Shown in pieces: positions 9,558-17,716 of a stretch of 56,967 bases of DNA (positions are counted from its first letter, which is position 1; every line of letters starts with the position of its first letter). Made by a program: the position numbers and the translations under genes. The notes under the pieces are model-generated. The model did not search any database. It was not told the origin of the DNA and was given only the letters and a program-made list of their open reading frames with translations. Origin of the DNA: Deltaproteobacteria bacterium (GTDB taxonomy: Bacteria > Desulfobacterota > Dissulfuribacteria > Dissulfuribacterales > UBA3076); contig JALTHG010000068.1 in NCBI GenBank assembly GCA_027004715.1, forward strand, positions 1-56,967, read 5' to 3'.

Positions 9558-10124
9558 ATGAAGATAGCAGTTACGTCTACAGGTCCTACACTTGATGATA
9601 TGGTAGAGGCACGTTTTGGACGATGTCCTTATTTCCTGATTATCGATCCAGATACCATGGAGTTTGAGGCCATTAACAATGCAAATATTGCTCTAGGTGG
9701 AGGAGCAGGGATACAATCTGCACAGCTTATGGCAAGCAAGGGCGTATCGGCAGTTTTGACTGGAAATTGCGGACCAAACGCCTTCCAGACCTTTGGGGCA
9801 ACCAACATTCAGGTAATTACTGGGGTAAGTGGGCCAGTGCGGCAGGCAGTTGAGCAGTATAAATCTGGCAAACTCTCCAGCAGTACTACTCCAAATGTCC
9901 AGAGCCATTTCGGCATGGGCGGAGGTGGCATGGGCATGGGCGGTTGCCGTGGCATGGGCATGGGCATGGGCAGAGGTATGAGATTTGTTACACCCAGTCA
10001 ATCTCAGCCTGGTCCTATGCCAGATAGCAGAGGAATTGAGTCTCTGAAGAGAGAGGCAGAGAGCCTGCGCAGCCAGCTCGAGTCCATCGAGGCCAGGATC
10101 AGGAATTTAGAAAAAAGTAGATAA
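9558..10124 (+). CDS. NifB/NifX-type (dinitrogenase FeMo-cofactor-binding fold, orange-protein-like) domain fused to a Gly/Met-rich DUF5320-like tail and coiled coil
   Basis: ARFGRCPYFLIID...GGGAGIQSAQ...TGNCGPNAF is the NifX/NifB-C fold. The tail MGGGGMGMGGCRGMGMGMGRGM is followed by heptad-like ESLKREAESLRSQLESIEARIRNLE. Confidence 0.8.
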   Translation: MKIAVTSTGPTLDDMVEARFGRCPYFLIIDPDTMEFEAINNANIALGGGAGIQSAQLMASKGVSAVLTGNCGPNAFQTFGATNIQVITGVSGPVRQAVEQYKSGKLSSSTTPNVQSHFGMGGGGMGMGGCRGMGMGMGRGMRFVTPSQSQPGPMPDSRGIESLKREAESLRSQLESIEARIRNLEKSR

Positions 10125-10146
10125 TTAGTAAAGAGAGGTTAGTATA

Positions 10147-11352
10147 ATGAAAAAGGTAGATCAAAAGACTCGGGAAGCCCAGTTAAAGCTACAGAACCAA
10201 GAGATTAAGGAGAGGCTCCATCACATAAAGAATAAGATTCTTGTCTTTAGCGGAAAGGGTGGAGTGGGAAAGAGCAGTGTGTCTGCCCATCTCGCTGTGG
10301 CCCTTGCCATGAGAGGCTATCAGGTCGGCCTCATGGACGTGGACCTCCATGGACCCAGTATCCCTCGTATACTAGGTCTGGAAGATAGCCCGCGTCCAGG
10401 TGGCCGGGGGGGCAAGATGTTGCCTGTCAAATATCTCCCCAATATGGAGGTGATGTCGATTGAGGTCCTCTTGGGAGACAAGGATGCAGCGACTATCTGG
10501 AGAGGACCCCTCAAGGCTGGGGTAATCAGACAGTTTATCTCAGATATTGACTGGATGGATCTTGACTACATGATCGTTGACTCTCCGCCTGGCACTGGGG
10601 ATGAACCCCTGACTGTGGCCCAGACCATCTCGGATGCCAAGGGAATAATTGTGACTACCCCTCAAGAGCTCTCACTGGCCGATGTCAGAAAGGCCATTAA
10701 TTTTTGTCGCAAGGTCAAGATGGAGATCCTGGGCATAGTTGAGAATATGAGCGGCCTCAAGTGTCCCTATTGTGGTAAGACCATCGAATTGTTCAAGCAA
10801 CATGGAGGAGAAATAACCGCAAAGAGGGAAGGCCTGAGGCTCCTGGCAAGCCTGCCTATAGAGTTAGAGGTGGTCTATAGCGAGGATGAGGGGACTATGA
10901 GCGCACTGCAGAACAGTCAGCTCCCATTCACCCAGGAATTTAACAAGATGGTGGACAAGATAGTGGAGTTGACGGCCCCTGAAAAGATCCCTGCCAGGGA
11001 GAAGCGTCCAAAGGCTATAAAAGTACTTGCTATACCTGTGTTGGACGGAAGACTCTCACCCCATTTTGGGCGCTGTGAGGAGTTTGCGTTTATCGAGACC
11101 CAGGATGGAAAGATAGTTAGGACAGAGATGCGTGCCTCTCCAGGCCATGAACCAGGTGTATTTCCTCAGTGGCTTTACGATCAGGGAGCAGATGTAGTGA
11201 TTGTGGGTGGAATGGGAGAGAATGCACAGAGTCTCTTGAAGGAGAGAGGGATAGAGGTCATTGTTGGTGCCCCAATGGATTCTCCTGAGTCCCTGGCAAG
11301 ACAATATCTCTCCAATACCCTGTCGACAGGTAATAATATATGTGACCACTAG
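10147..11352 (+). CDS. Mrp/NBP35 (ApbC)-type Fe-S cluster carrier ATPase fused to a C-terminal NifB/NifX-type domain
   Basis: Deviant Walker A GKGGVGKSS, CPYCG motif, and C-terminal LSPHFGRCEEFAFIE...GGMGENA NifX-like domain. Confidence 0.88.
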   Translation: MKKVDQKTREAQLKLQNQEIKERLHHIKNKILVFSGKGGVGKSSVSAHLAVALAMRGYQVGLMDVDLHGPSIPRILGLEDSPRPGGRGGKMLPVKYLPNMEVMSIEVLLGDKDAATIWRGPLKAGVIRQFISDIDWMDLDYMIVDSPPGTGDEPLTVAQTISDAKGIIVTTPQELSLADVRKAINFCRKVKMEILGIVENMSGLKCPYCGKTIELFKQHGGEITAKREGLRLLASLPIELEVVYSEDEGTMSALQNSQLPFTQEFNKMVDKIVELTAPEKIPAREKRPKAIKVLAIPVLDGRLSPHFGRCEEFAFIETQDGKIVRTEMRASPGHEPGVFPQWLYDQGADVVIVGGMGENAQSLLKERGIEVIVGAPMDSPESLARQYLSNTLSTGNNICDH

Positions 11353-11370
11353 CCCTGGGACTGATATATG

Positions 11371-11426
11371 GTGACCGTTCACATCCCCGAGACCCAGACA
11401 GTTCAATAGGGGGTGTGAACGGTTAC
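11371..11426. repeat. GTAAC-arm repeat family: short doublet (left arm, 20-nt loop, right arm)
   Basis: GTGACCGTTCACATCCCC...GGGGGTGTGAACGGTTAC, between the Mrp and MinD-type genes. Confidence 0.85.
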
Positions 11427-11442
11427 ACGAAAGGAGTAGATC

Positions 11443-12294
11443 ATGATTATCAGCGTAGCAAGTGGAAAGGGAGGTACAGGGAAGACGACTGTAGCCACAA
11501 ATTTGGCTCTCTCTCTTGGGCCTGATGTTGATGTCCAGGTACTGGATTGCGATGTAGAGGAGCCAAATTCCTCTCTCTTTATTCGACCCAGCATTGAAGA
11601 GGTCAAGACCATCACTACACCAGTACCAAAAGTAGATATGGAAAGATGTAGCCTCTGTGGAAAGTGTGGGGAGATATGCCAGTTTAAGGCCATTGTCGTG
11701 GTTGGCGAGAAGGTCTTGACATTCCCTGAACTCTGCCACAGTTGCGGTGGATGCATTGAGGTATGTCCTGAAGAGGCCATAAGCGAGACAGAGAGGGAAC
11801 TAGGCACGATCAAGAAGGGACATAGAAATGGGCTGGAATTCATCCAGGGAGAATTGAGGGTTGGAGAGGCCATGGCCCCGCCTATGATCAAAAGAGTGCG
11901 AGAATATACCCGACCTGAAAGCATAACTATAATCGATGCACCTCCAGGGACCTCGTGTCCGGTCATTGCCTCCATGAAGGGCGCAGACTTTGTGTTGTTA
12001 GTCACAGAACCGACGCCTTTTGGTCTGCACGACCTAAAATTGGCTCTAGGGGCCGTTAAGGTCTTGGGGATTCCATGTGGTTTGGTCATCAATCGTTCTG
12101 GAATAGGCAATAATGACGTAGAGAAATATGCAAGAGAGGAGGGTGTACCACTCTTGTTGGAGATCCCCCTTGATAGGCGGTTTGCAGAGGCCTATTCAAG
12201 AGGAGATATGATCGTAGAGCAGTTTCCAGACTGGAAAGAGAGGTTCAGAGATCTGTATAATAAGATCATAGAGCTCTCTTCTTCTGAGGATTGA
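11443..12294 (+). CDS. MinD/ParA-superfamily P-loop ATPase with inserted 2x[4Fe-4S] ferredoxin domain
   Basis: SGKGGTGKTT Walker A, and ferredoxin motifs CSLCGKCGEIC and CHSCGGCIEVCP. Confidence 0.88.
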   Translation: MIISVASGKGGTGKTTVATNLALSLGPDVDVQVLDCDVEEPNSSLFIRPSIEEVKTITTPVPKVDMERCSLCGKCGEICQFKAIVVVGEKVLTFPELCHSCGGCIEVCPEEAISETERELGTIKKGHRNGLEFIQGELRVGEAMAPPMIKRVREYTRPESITIIDAPPGTSCPVIASMKGADFVLLVTEPTPFGLHDLKLALGAVKVLGIPCGLVINRSGIGNNDVEKYAREEGVPLLLEIPLDRRFAEAYSRGDMIVEQFPDWKERFRDLYNKIIELSSSED

Positions 12295-12306
12295 GGAGGA
12301 TAAGAT

Positions 12307-12522
12307 ATGCCTATCTATGAATTTAGGTGTAAAAATTGTGGCAATGTCTTTGAATACCTATGCATCAGGAGTAAAGATAGAGATCAGGTGCACTGCCCTC
12401 AGTGCGGGTCTAAAGACACTGAAGCACTCCTGTCTACATTTTCTTCTATAAATTCTGGCAGTAACCTGAGAGGAAGCAGGAGTACATTGTCTTCATGTCC
12501 ATCTTCAGGTGGCTTTTCGTGA
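12307..12522 (+). CDS. FmdB-family zinc-ribbon protein
   Basis: MPIYEFRCKNCG...HCPQCGS is the canonical FmdB/CxxC_CxxC_SSSS N-terminus. AGGAGGA lies 7 nt upstream. Confidence 0.75.
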   Translation: MPIYEFRCKNCGNVFEYLCIRSKDRDQVHCPQCGSKDTEALLSTFSSINSGSNLRGSRSTLSSCPSSGGFS

Positions 12523-12660
12523 GCCTGATCCTGGCAGTTGGAAACTGCCTTGGGCATAACTTCTCAATAAGTTGCGGCAGGTCCTGCAACCGATCACTGG
12601 GTGCCAGGATGGGAGTCCCGACCTATTGAGTCAGGCATCTTTATTGAGAAAGGGAGTATT

Positions 12661-13521
12661 ATGAAGGAGATAGTTATCATAAGTGGCAAGGGCGGGTCAG
12701 GAAAGACCAGTATCCTTTCAGCATTTGCCTCACTGGCAGAAAATAAGGTCCTCTGTGATGCAGATGTGGATGCAGCAGACCTCCATCTCATTATGGATCC
12801 CCAGGTCAAGGAACGTCATGACTTTAAGTCTGGGCATACAGCCATCATCAATCAAGACAGGTGTGTACAGTGCGGTATGTGTCGTGATCTGTGTAAATGG
12901 GACGCCATCAGTGAGGATTTTGTGGTGGATTCCATAGACTGTGAAGGTTGCGGCGTCTGTTATTACTTCTGTCCTGAAAAGGCCATTGACTTTCCCCTGA
13001 ATACCTGTGGAGAATGGTACATTTCTGATACCCGTTTTGGGCCCATGGTCCATGCCAGGCTCTATATTGCAGAAGAGAACTCTGGCAAACTGGTGGCACT
13101 TATACGTGAGAGGGGCAAAAAGCTTGCTGAAGAGAAGGGCCTGGATCTGTTGCTTACAGATGGGCCTCCAGGTATAGGTTGCCCAGTCATTGCCTCACTT
13201 GGTGGGGCCTCGGCCGTCCTTATCGTGGCCGAGCCAACGGTCTCCGGCAGGCATGATATGGAACGTGTAGTAGACCTGGCCGAGTTTTTTAAGATACCTG
13301 CTATGGTATGCATCAATAAATTTGACCTCAATCCCGAGGAGGGTGAGGCCATAGAGGCCTTTTCGAGAGAGAGAAATGTGAGTGTGTTGGGAAGAATCCC
13401 TTTTGATCTTGGCTTTACTGAGGCCATGGTCCAGGGGAAGAACATCGTAGAGTTTGACAGCCACTCTAAGGGCTGTAAGGCAGTCCAAGATATATGGGCG
13501 AATCTGGCACAAAGTCTTTAA
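12661..13521 (+). CDS. MinD/ParA-superfamily P-loop ATPase with inserted 2x[4Fe-4S] ferredoxin domain (second paralog)
   Basis: SGKGGSGKTS Walker A, CVQCGMCRDLC and CEGCGVCYYFCP. Start moved to the ATG at 12661 (AAAGGGAG upstream) rather than the track ORF start at 12601. Confidence 0.88.
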   Translation: MKEIVIISGKGGSGKTSILSAFASLAENKVLCDADVDAADLHLIMDPQVKERHDFKSGHTAIINQDRCVQCGMCRDLCKWDAISEDFVVDSIDCEGCGVCYYFCPEKAIDFPLNTCGEWYISDTRFGPMVHARLYIAEENSGKLVALIRERGKKLAEEKGLDLLLTDGPPGIGCPVIASLGGASAVLIVAEPTVSGRHDMERVVDLAEFFKIPAMVCINKFDLNPEEGEAIEAFSRERNVSVLGRIPFDLGFTEAMVQGKNIVEFDSHSKGCKAVQDIWANLAQSL

Positions 13522-13537
13522 AAAGGAGGTAAATAAG

Positions 13538-13771
13538 ATGCCAAGAGGAGATGGAACTGGACCTATGGGCCAGGGACCTGGAACAGGCAGAGGAATGGGC
13601 GGAGGACGTGGAATGGGCGGAGGTGGTCGTGGCCGAGGTGGAGGTTTTGCTGCAGGCCCAGGGGGCTATTGTGTATGTCCTAACTGTGGCACAAGGGTAC
13701 CTCATCAATTGGGAGTGCCATGCTATCAGCAACAGTGCCCCAAGTGTGGAGCAGCCATGACTCGAGAATAG
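13538..13771 (+). CDS. DUF5320-family protein (Gly/Arg/Met-rich) with C-terminal zinc ribbon
   Basis: MPRGDGTGPMGQGPGTGRGMGGGRG N-terminus typical of DUF5320, with CPNCG...CPKCG. AAGGAGGT lies upstream of the ATG at 13538. Confidence 0.75.
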   Translation: MPRGDGTGPMGQGPGTGRGMGGGRGMGGGGRGRGGGFAAGPGGYCVCPNCGTRVPHQLGVPCYQQQCPKCGAAMTRE

Positions 13772-13789
13772 ACATAACCCAGGGAGCTG

Positions 13790-13946
13790 GTAACTGTCCA
13801 CGTCCCCCTGGTCAGGATAGCCTTTTTCAGGGTTTCAGGAGCAGTTGATGCATCAGGCACTCTGCCTATTAATTTGCACTGAAACCCTTTAAAGGGCCAC
13901 TGGCCTGCGACTAGACGGTTGTAACAGGAGAGATGTGGACGGTTAT
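13790..13946 (+). repeat. GTAAC-arm repeat family: long form with conserved core
   Basis: GTAACTGTCCACGTCCCC...CCTTTTTCAGGGTTTCAGGAGCAGTTGATGCATCAGGCACTCTGCCTATTAATTTGCACTGAAACCCTTTAAAGGGCCACTGGCC...AGATGTGGACGGTTAT. Confidence 0.85.
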
Positions 13947-13992
13947 GACATGGGTATCTGTAGGTGTAGATGAGTTCGTATGGGGTAGACAG

Positions 13993-14373
13993 ATGAGTGA
14001 GGATTATTACGCTACACTTGGTCTGAGTCCTGGGGTGTCCTCAGAAGAGATCAAAAAGGCCTATCGCAGGCTTGCAATGCAATATCACCCTGACAGGAAT
14101 GGAGGCAGTCTTGAGAGTGAGGAACGCCTGAAAAAGATCAATGAGGCCTATCAGGTCTTAGGAGATGAAGAAAAGAGGAGGTATTATGACCTCCAATATC
14201 AACAGCCCTTTAGAGACAATATATTTAAAGGTGATGCACCTTATGAGAGAGAAGTTGATGATCTGATTAGTGTCCTGTCCAGATTTTTTCAGGAGAGTTT
14301 TGATAGGAGAGGGACAGGATGCTGTAGAGGCAGGGGGTGTGGGTGTGGTAGATGGAAGAGAAGGTGTTTTTAA
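13993..14373 (+). CDS. J-domain (DnaJ-like) protein with Cys-rich C-terminal tail
   Basis: DYYATLGL...[17 protein letters not shown] (HPD motif) and tail [20 protein letters not shown]. The track ORF start at 13933 lies inside a repeat copy, so the ATG at 13993 is preferred. Confidence 0.75.
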   Translation: MSEDYYATLGLSPGVSSEEIKKAYRRLAMQYHPDRNGGSLESEERLKKINEAYQVLGDEEKRRYYDLQYQQPFRDNIFKGDAPYEREVDDLISVLSRFFQESFDRRGTGCCRGRGCGCGRWKRRCF

Positions 14374-14403
14374 GACTGGGCTTAATGGCATAGGAGGCAA
14401 TTT

Positions 14404-15165
14404 ATGAAGATATCTCTCTGTGGAAAGGGAGGGAGTGGCAAGAGTATCTTGACCACTTTATTGGCCAAACAGGCCGCATCTCGCGGTCTTCAGGTCCTTG
14501 TAGTAGATTCAGATGAGTCTAATTCCGGGCTCTTCAGGATGCTTGGCCTTGATGGACCTCCAGTCCCATTTATGGAACTCTTAGGGGGAAAGCAGAAGCT
14601 AAAGGAGAGGATGTCTCAAAAAAATGTACTCAGGACCGACGGGTTCCTCATAAGAGATATCCCCTCTCGATATCTGGTCAAGAGAGACAGTATTATGTTG
14701 GTCAGCATAGGGAAGATCCTTCAGGCCTTTGAGGGATGTGCCTGCCCTATGGGTGTATTGAGTCGGGAATTTCTAAAAAAGCTCTGTCTCAATAGTGATG
14801 AGATTGCATTTGTCGATATGGAGGCAGGAGTAGAGCACTTTGGTAGGGGGATTGATGAGGCCATAGACTATGTCTTCCTTGTAGTAGAACCCTCATTCGA
14901 GTCTTTGAGTGTGGCTGAAAAAATAAGAGGGCTTGCCTCTGGAATGGATAAGGCAGTCTATGCCATATTGAATAAGATAGATTCAGAAGAGACTGCCCGC
15001 AGATTGGGAGATGAAGTCAAGGCCAGGGGTCTGAAGGTCATTGGGACAGTTCCAATGGACCCTCTGATATTTGAGGCATGCCTGGAGGGCCGGGCCCTTG
15101 CCGAGGGAAAGGCATTCCATGCCGCTGGAAAGATCCTGGATAGTCTCCTTAAAGTACAAATTTGA
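14404..15165 (+). CDS. CooC-like (CO dehydrogenase maturation factor family) metal-binding P-loop ATPase
   Basis: MKISLCGKGGSGKS Walker A and a conserved CXC metal site (EGCACPMG), about 250 aa. Confidence 0.75.
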   Translation: MKISLCGKGGSGKSILTTLLAKQAASRGLQVLVVDSDESNSGLFRMLGLDGPPVPFMELLGGKQKLKERMSQKNVLRTDGFLIRDIPSRYLVKRDSIMLVSIGKILQAFEGCACPMGVLSREFLKKLCLNSDEIAFVDMEAGVEHFGRGIDEAIDYVFLVVEPSFESLSVAEKIRGLASGMDKAVYAILNKIDSEETARRLGDEVKARGLKVIGTVPMDPLIFEACLEGRALAEGKAFHAAGKILDSLLKVQI

Positions 15166-15182
15166 TATAGGGAGAATTTCCA

Positions 15183-16160
15183 TTGACAGACAGCTACTGC
15201 AGGGTTATCAATTATTTACGGCTTTCTGTTACTGACCGCTGTAATCTGAGATGTATATACTGTATGCCTGATAGGGCCCTTGACTTTATACCTCACAGTG
15301 AGGTCCTCACGTATGAAGAGATCCTTCGTATTGTCAGGCTCTGTATCCAACTGGGCATCCGTAAGGTCAGGCTTACAGGTGGAGAACCCTTGGTAAGAAA
15401 GGGCTTTATAGGATTTATTAACAGGCTCTGCCGCATAGAAGGGCTGAAGGAAGTCAGCCTGACTACTAATGGGGTATTACTCAGGGGACTTGCTGCTTAC
15501 ATCAGAGAGTGTGGCATCTCCAGAATCAACGTGAGTCTAGATTCCCTCAGGCCCGAGCGTTTTTTCTACATCACTGGCAGGGATTATTTTGCACGTGTAT
15601 GGGAAGGTCTTGAAGAGGCAGAAGGCCTTGGATTTAGTCCCATCAAGATCAATGTAGTAGTCATGAAGGGGATCAATGACGATGAGGTCTTGGATTTTGT
15701 CAATCTTGCCCTAAATACGTCCTATTGTGTCCGTTTTATTGAATTCATGCCTCTAGGTCAGAATGGGTGGACTCCAGAGAGATTTGTATCTATAGATGAG
15801 ATCTATCAACTTATTCAATCTAAATGGGATTTAATCCCTATAAAATCCGGTCCATATGATGGCCCTGCCCTAAGATTTAGAATTGGAGGGACTCAAGGAG
15901 AGATCGGACTGATCGGTGCCCTGAGCAACCCTTTCTGTCCCAGATGCAATAGATTACGTCTTACATCTGAAGGACATCTCAGAGGCTGTCTCTTTTCAGA
16001 TCAAGAGGTCGATCTCAAGACGCCATTGAGGCAGGGAAAAGGAGATGATTATATCCTTCGACTAATTGAATTTGCAATCAGAAACAAACCTAAAGATCAT
16101 GGGTTATTGGGATATGGCCCTCAAGGAAGTCTCCGTGAGATGTACAGTATTGGGGGTTAG
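15183..16160 (+). CDS. moaA: GTP 3',8-cyclase (molybdenum cofactor biosynthesis protein A)
   Basis: Radical SAM CNLRCIYC, GGEPL, and C-terminal auxiliary-cluster motif CPRCNRLRLTSEG. TTG start with AGGGAGA 8 nt upstream. Confidence 0.9.
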   Translation: MTDSYCRVINYLRLSVTDRCNLRCIYCMPDRALDFIPHSEVLTYEEILRIVRLCIQLGIRKVRLTGGEPLVRKGFIGFINRLCRIEGLKEVSLTTNGVLLRGLAAYIRECGISRINVSLDSLRPERFFYITGRDYFARVWEGLEEAEGLGFSPIKINVVVMKGINDDEVLDFVNLALNTSYCVRFIEFMPLGQNGWTPERFVSIDEIYQLIQSKWDLIPIKSGPYDGPALRFRIGGTQGEIGLIGALSNPFCPRCNRLRLTSEGHLRGCLFSDQEVDLKTPLRQGKGDDYILRLIEFAIRNKPKDHGLLGYGPQGSLREMYSIGG

Positions 16161-16199
16161 AGAAGAGTAACAAACTATTTAAAGAAAGGAGTGACTGAC

Positions 16200-17546
16200 A
16201 TGAAAAGCGATGTATTAATAATCGGTGGAAGTGCATCAGGTATTACAACTGCATTGACCGCTAAGGCCCATTATCCAGACAAGGAATTTCTTGTGGTTAG
16301 AAGGGAAAAAGAGGTCTTTATCCCCTGTGGTATTCCCTATATATTCGGTTCATTGGAAAACAGTGCTCAGGATGTCATCCCAGATCAGCTACTTACTGAT
16401 GCGGGTATAAAACTTATGCTCGATGAAATTTCTTCTATAGATTGTGATAAAAAGGTATGTAAGACAGCTAATAATGAGGAAATTAATTTTGAAAAGCTTG
16501 TCATTGCTACTGGATCTAGACCAGTAGTTCCAGGATGGCTAAAGGGGGCAGATCTTGAGAATGTATTTACTATACCAAAAGATAAGGAATATATCGATAA
16601 AGCTATAAGTACTCTAGAGAATGCACAAAAGATTGTGGTGATAGGTGGAGGCTTCATTGGCGTTGAGATGTCAGATGAATTGAATAAAAAGGGTAAAGAT
16701 GTAACTATTGTTGAAGTCTTACCTCACCTATTAGGTATAGTATTTGACGATGAAGTAACAGCTAAGGTAGAAGAGGTCCTCTCTTCTCGAGGTATACATA
16801 TAAAGACAGGCTCTGGCGTCAAAGAGATACTTGGTACAGATGGAAAGGTATCTGAAGTTGAGCTCCAAAGTGGAGAAAGGCTTGAAGCCGACGCAGTCAT
16901 TCTGTCTATGGGCTATAGACCAAATACAGAATTGGCCAAAGACTCAGGTATAGAGATAAATAAGTTTGGATTTATAGAAGTAGACGAATATATGAGAACA
17001 AGTAAACCAGATATAGTGGCAGTTGGTGACTGTGCTGAAAAGAGAGACTTTATTACCAGAAAGTTGAGCCGTGTTATGTTGGCCTCAGTTGCCTGTGCAG
17101 AGTCCAGGATTGCGGGCATAAATCTCTATAGATGGTCTAATCTAAAGACCTTCAGTGGTACGATCCCTGTATTCTCTACTGCCATTGGCAATAATGGTTT
17201 TGGAGCAGCAGGTATTACAGAGAACCTGGCCAGGAAAGAGGGACTTGATGTAGTCACTGCCATATTTCAGGGCATGGACAGGCATCCTGGAAAACTCAGT
17301 GACATGCATCCCCAGACTGTTAAGCTGATAGCTGCAAAGAAGACTGGCATGCTAGTGGGAGGAAGTGTCATGGGGGGCCTGAGCACAGGAGAACTGGTAA
17401 ACCTCATTGGGCTTGCTATCCAGAACAGGATGACCGTAAGTTCTATCTTTACAACCCAGATGGGAAGTCATCCTCTACTCACTGCATCTCCAGCGGCATA
17501 TCCTCTGATTAAGGCCGCTGAGATTGCCCTGGGAAAGATCGGATAG
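16200..17546 (+). CDS. Pyridine nucleotide-disulfide oxidoreductase (CoA-disulfide reductase / NADH oxidase-peroxidase type, single redox Cys)
   Basis: FAD fold VLIIGGSASG, single Cys in FIPCGIPY, and NAD fold VVIGGGFIGVE. The ATG at 16200 follows AAAGGAG. Confidence 0.85.
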   Translation: MKSDVLIIGGSASGITTALTAKAHYPDKEFLVVRREKEVFIPCGIPYIFGSLENSAQDVIPDQLLTDAGIKLMLDEISSIDCDKKVCKTANNEEINFEKLVIATGSRPVVPGWLKGADLENVFTIPKDKEYIDKAISTLENAQKIVVIGGGFIGVEMSDELNKKGKDVTIVEVLPHLLGIVFDDEVTAKVEEVLSSRGIHIKTGSGVKEILGTDGKVSEVELQSGERLEADAVILSMGYRPNTELAKDSGIEINKFGFIEVDEYMRTSKPDIVAVGDCAEKRDFITRKLSRVMLASVACAESRIAGINLYRWSNLKTFSGTIPVFSTAIGNNGFGAAGITENLARKEGLDVVTAIFQGMDRHPGKLSDMHPQTVKLIAAKKTGMLVGGSVMGGLSTGELVNLIGLAIQNRMTVSSIFTTQMGSHPLLTASPAAYPLIKAAEIALGKIG

Positions 17547-17553
17547 TTGTCAG

Positions 17554-17694
17554 GTAACTGTTCACATCCCCGGCCAGCAGTGGCCTCTCTCAGGGTTTCA
17601 GGAGCAGCTTGATGCACAAGACAGGCACTTTGCCCATTAATCCGACTGAAACCTTCAAAGGGCCAGGGCTGGACAGGAGGGTGTGAACGGTTGC
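17554..17694 (+). repeat. GTAAC-arm repeat family: long form with conserved core (best-preserved copy)
   Basis: GTAACTGTTCACATCCCCGGCCAGCAGTGGCC...CAGGGTTTCAGGAGCAGCTTGATGCACAAGACAGGCACTTTGCCCATTAATCCGACTGAAACCTTCAAAGGGCCAGGGCTGG...GGGTGTGAACGGTTGC. Confidence 0.9.
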
Positions 17695-17716
17695 CTTACA
17701 ATAGAGTTATAGGACC

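Noticed and set aside
9693-10001. Minus-strand ORF encoding a His/Ala repeat (HAHAHAHATATAHAHA).
   Set aside because: It is the mirror image of the in-frame GGCATG (Gly-Met) tract of the plus-strand NifX-fold gene, so it is an artefact of the hexanucleotide repeat.
8563-10124. Radical SAM gene plus the adjacent NifX-fold gene read as a split NifB (FeMo-cofactor synthase).
   Set aside because: The radical SAM N-terminus (FGPVPSRRFGRSLGVDL...CSLDCIFC) and its wHTH tail do not resemble NifB as I recall it, and no nifHDKEN genes are present. I kept it only as part of the ORP-like locus hypothesis.
11056-12110. Long antisense ORFs (11056-11739 and 11403-12110 on the minus strand). Others of the same kind are 23390-24025, 26070-26510, 29559-29981, 45477-46133 and 51325-51954.
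   Set aside because: Each lies fully antisense to a gene with strong family motifs (Mrp, MinD-Fd, mtnA, DUF3782-like, tatA, exbD, ilvD). Their translations are low-complexity or Ser/Pro/Arg-rich with no recognisable motif or SD, as expected for shadow ORFs.
12531-12549. Sigma-54 promoter candidates (TGGCA-type). These are TGGCAGTTGGAAACTGC at 12531, TGGCATCTTGCAT near 50685 and TGGCACTGGCGGGCA near 56924. I looked because the orp operons of Desulfovibrio are sigma-54 dependent.
   Set aside because: In none of them do the GG and GC dinucleotides have the canonical spacing of TGGCAC-N5-TTGC. The first is better explained as a 7-bp-stem hairpin (GGCAGTT-GGA-AACTGCC).
12601-12660. Longer N-terminal extensions offered by the ORF track at 12601, 13454, 18933, 19265 and 41808.
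   Set aside because: In each case an internal ATG is preceded by a good Shine-Dalgarno and coincides with the conserved family N-terminus: SGKGG Walker A context, MPRGDGTGP, MPGLDGTGP, MPRPRKLRF and [17 protein letters not shown]. The upstream residues have no family signal.
17554-17694. A conserved small peptide encoded by the long-form repeat core (for example ATGCACAAGACAGGC... in the 17554 copy).
   Set aside because: Start codons, frames and stops differ between copies. The 13790 copy stops after 14 codons, the 34791 copy has no ATG, and the 19331 copy has a GTG with an early stop. The reverse strand behaves the same way.
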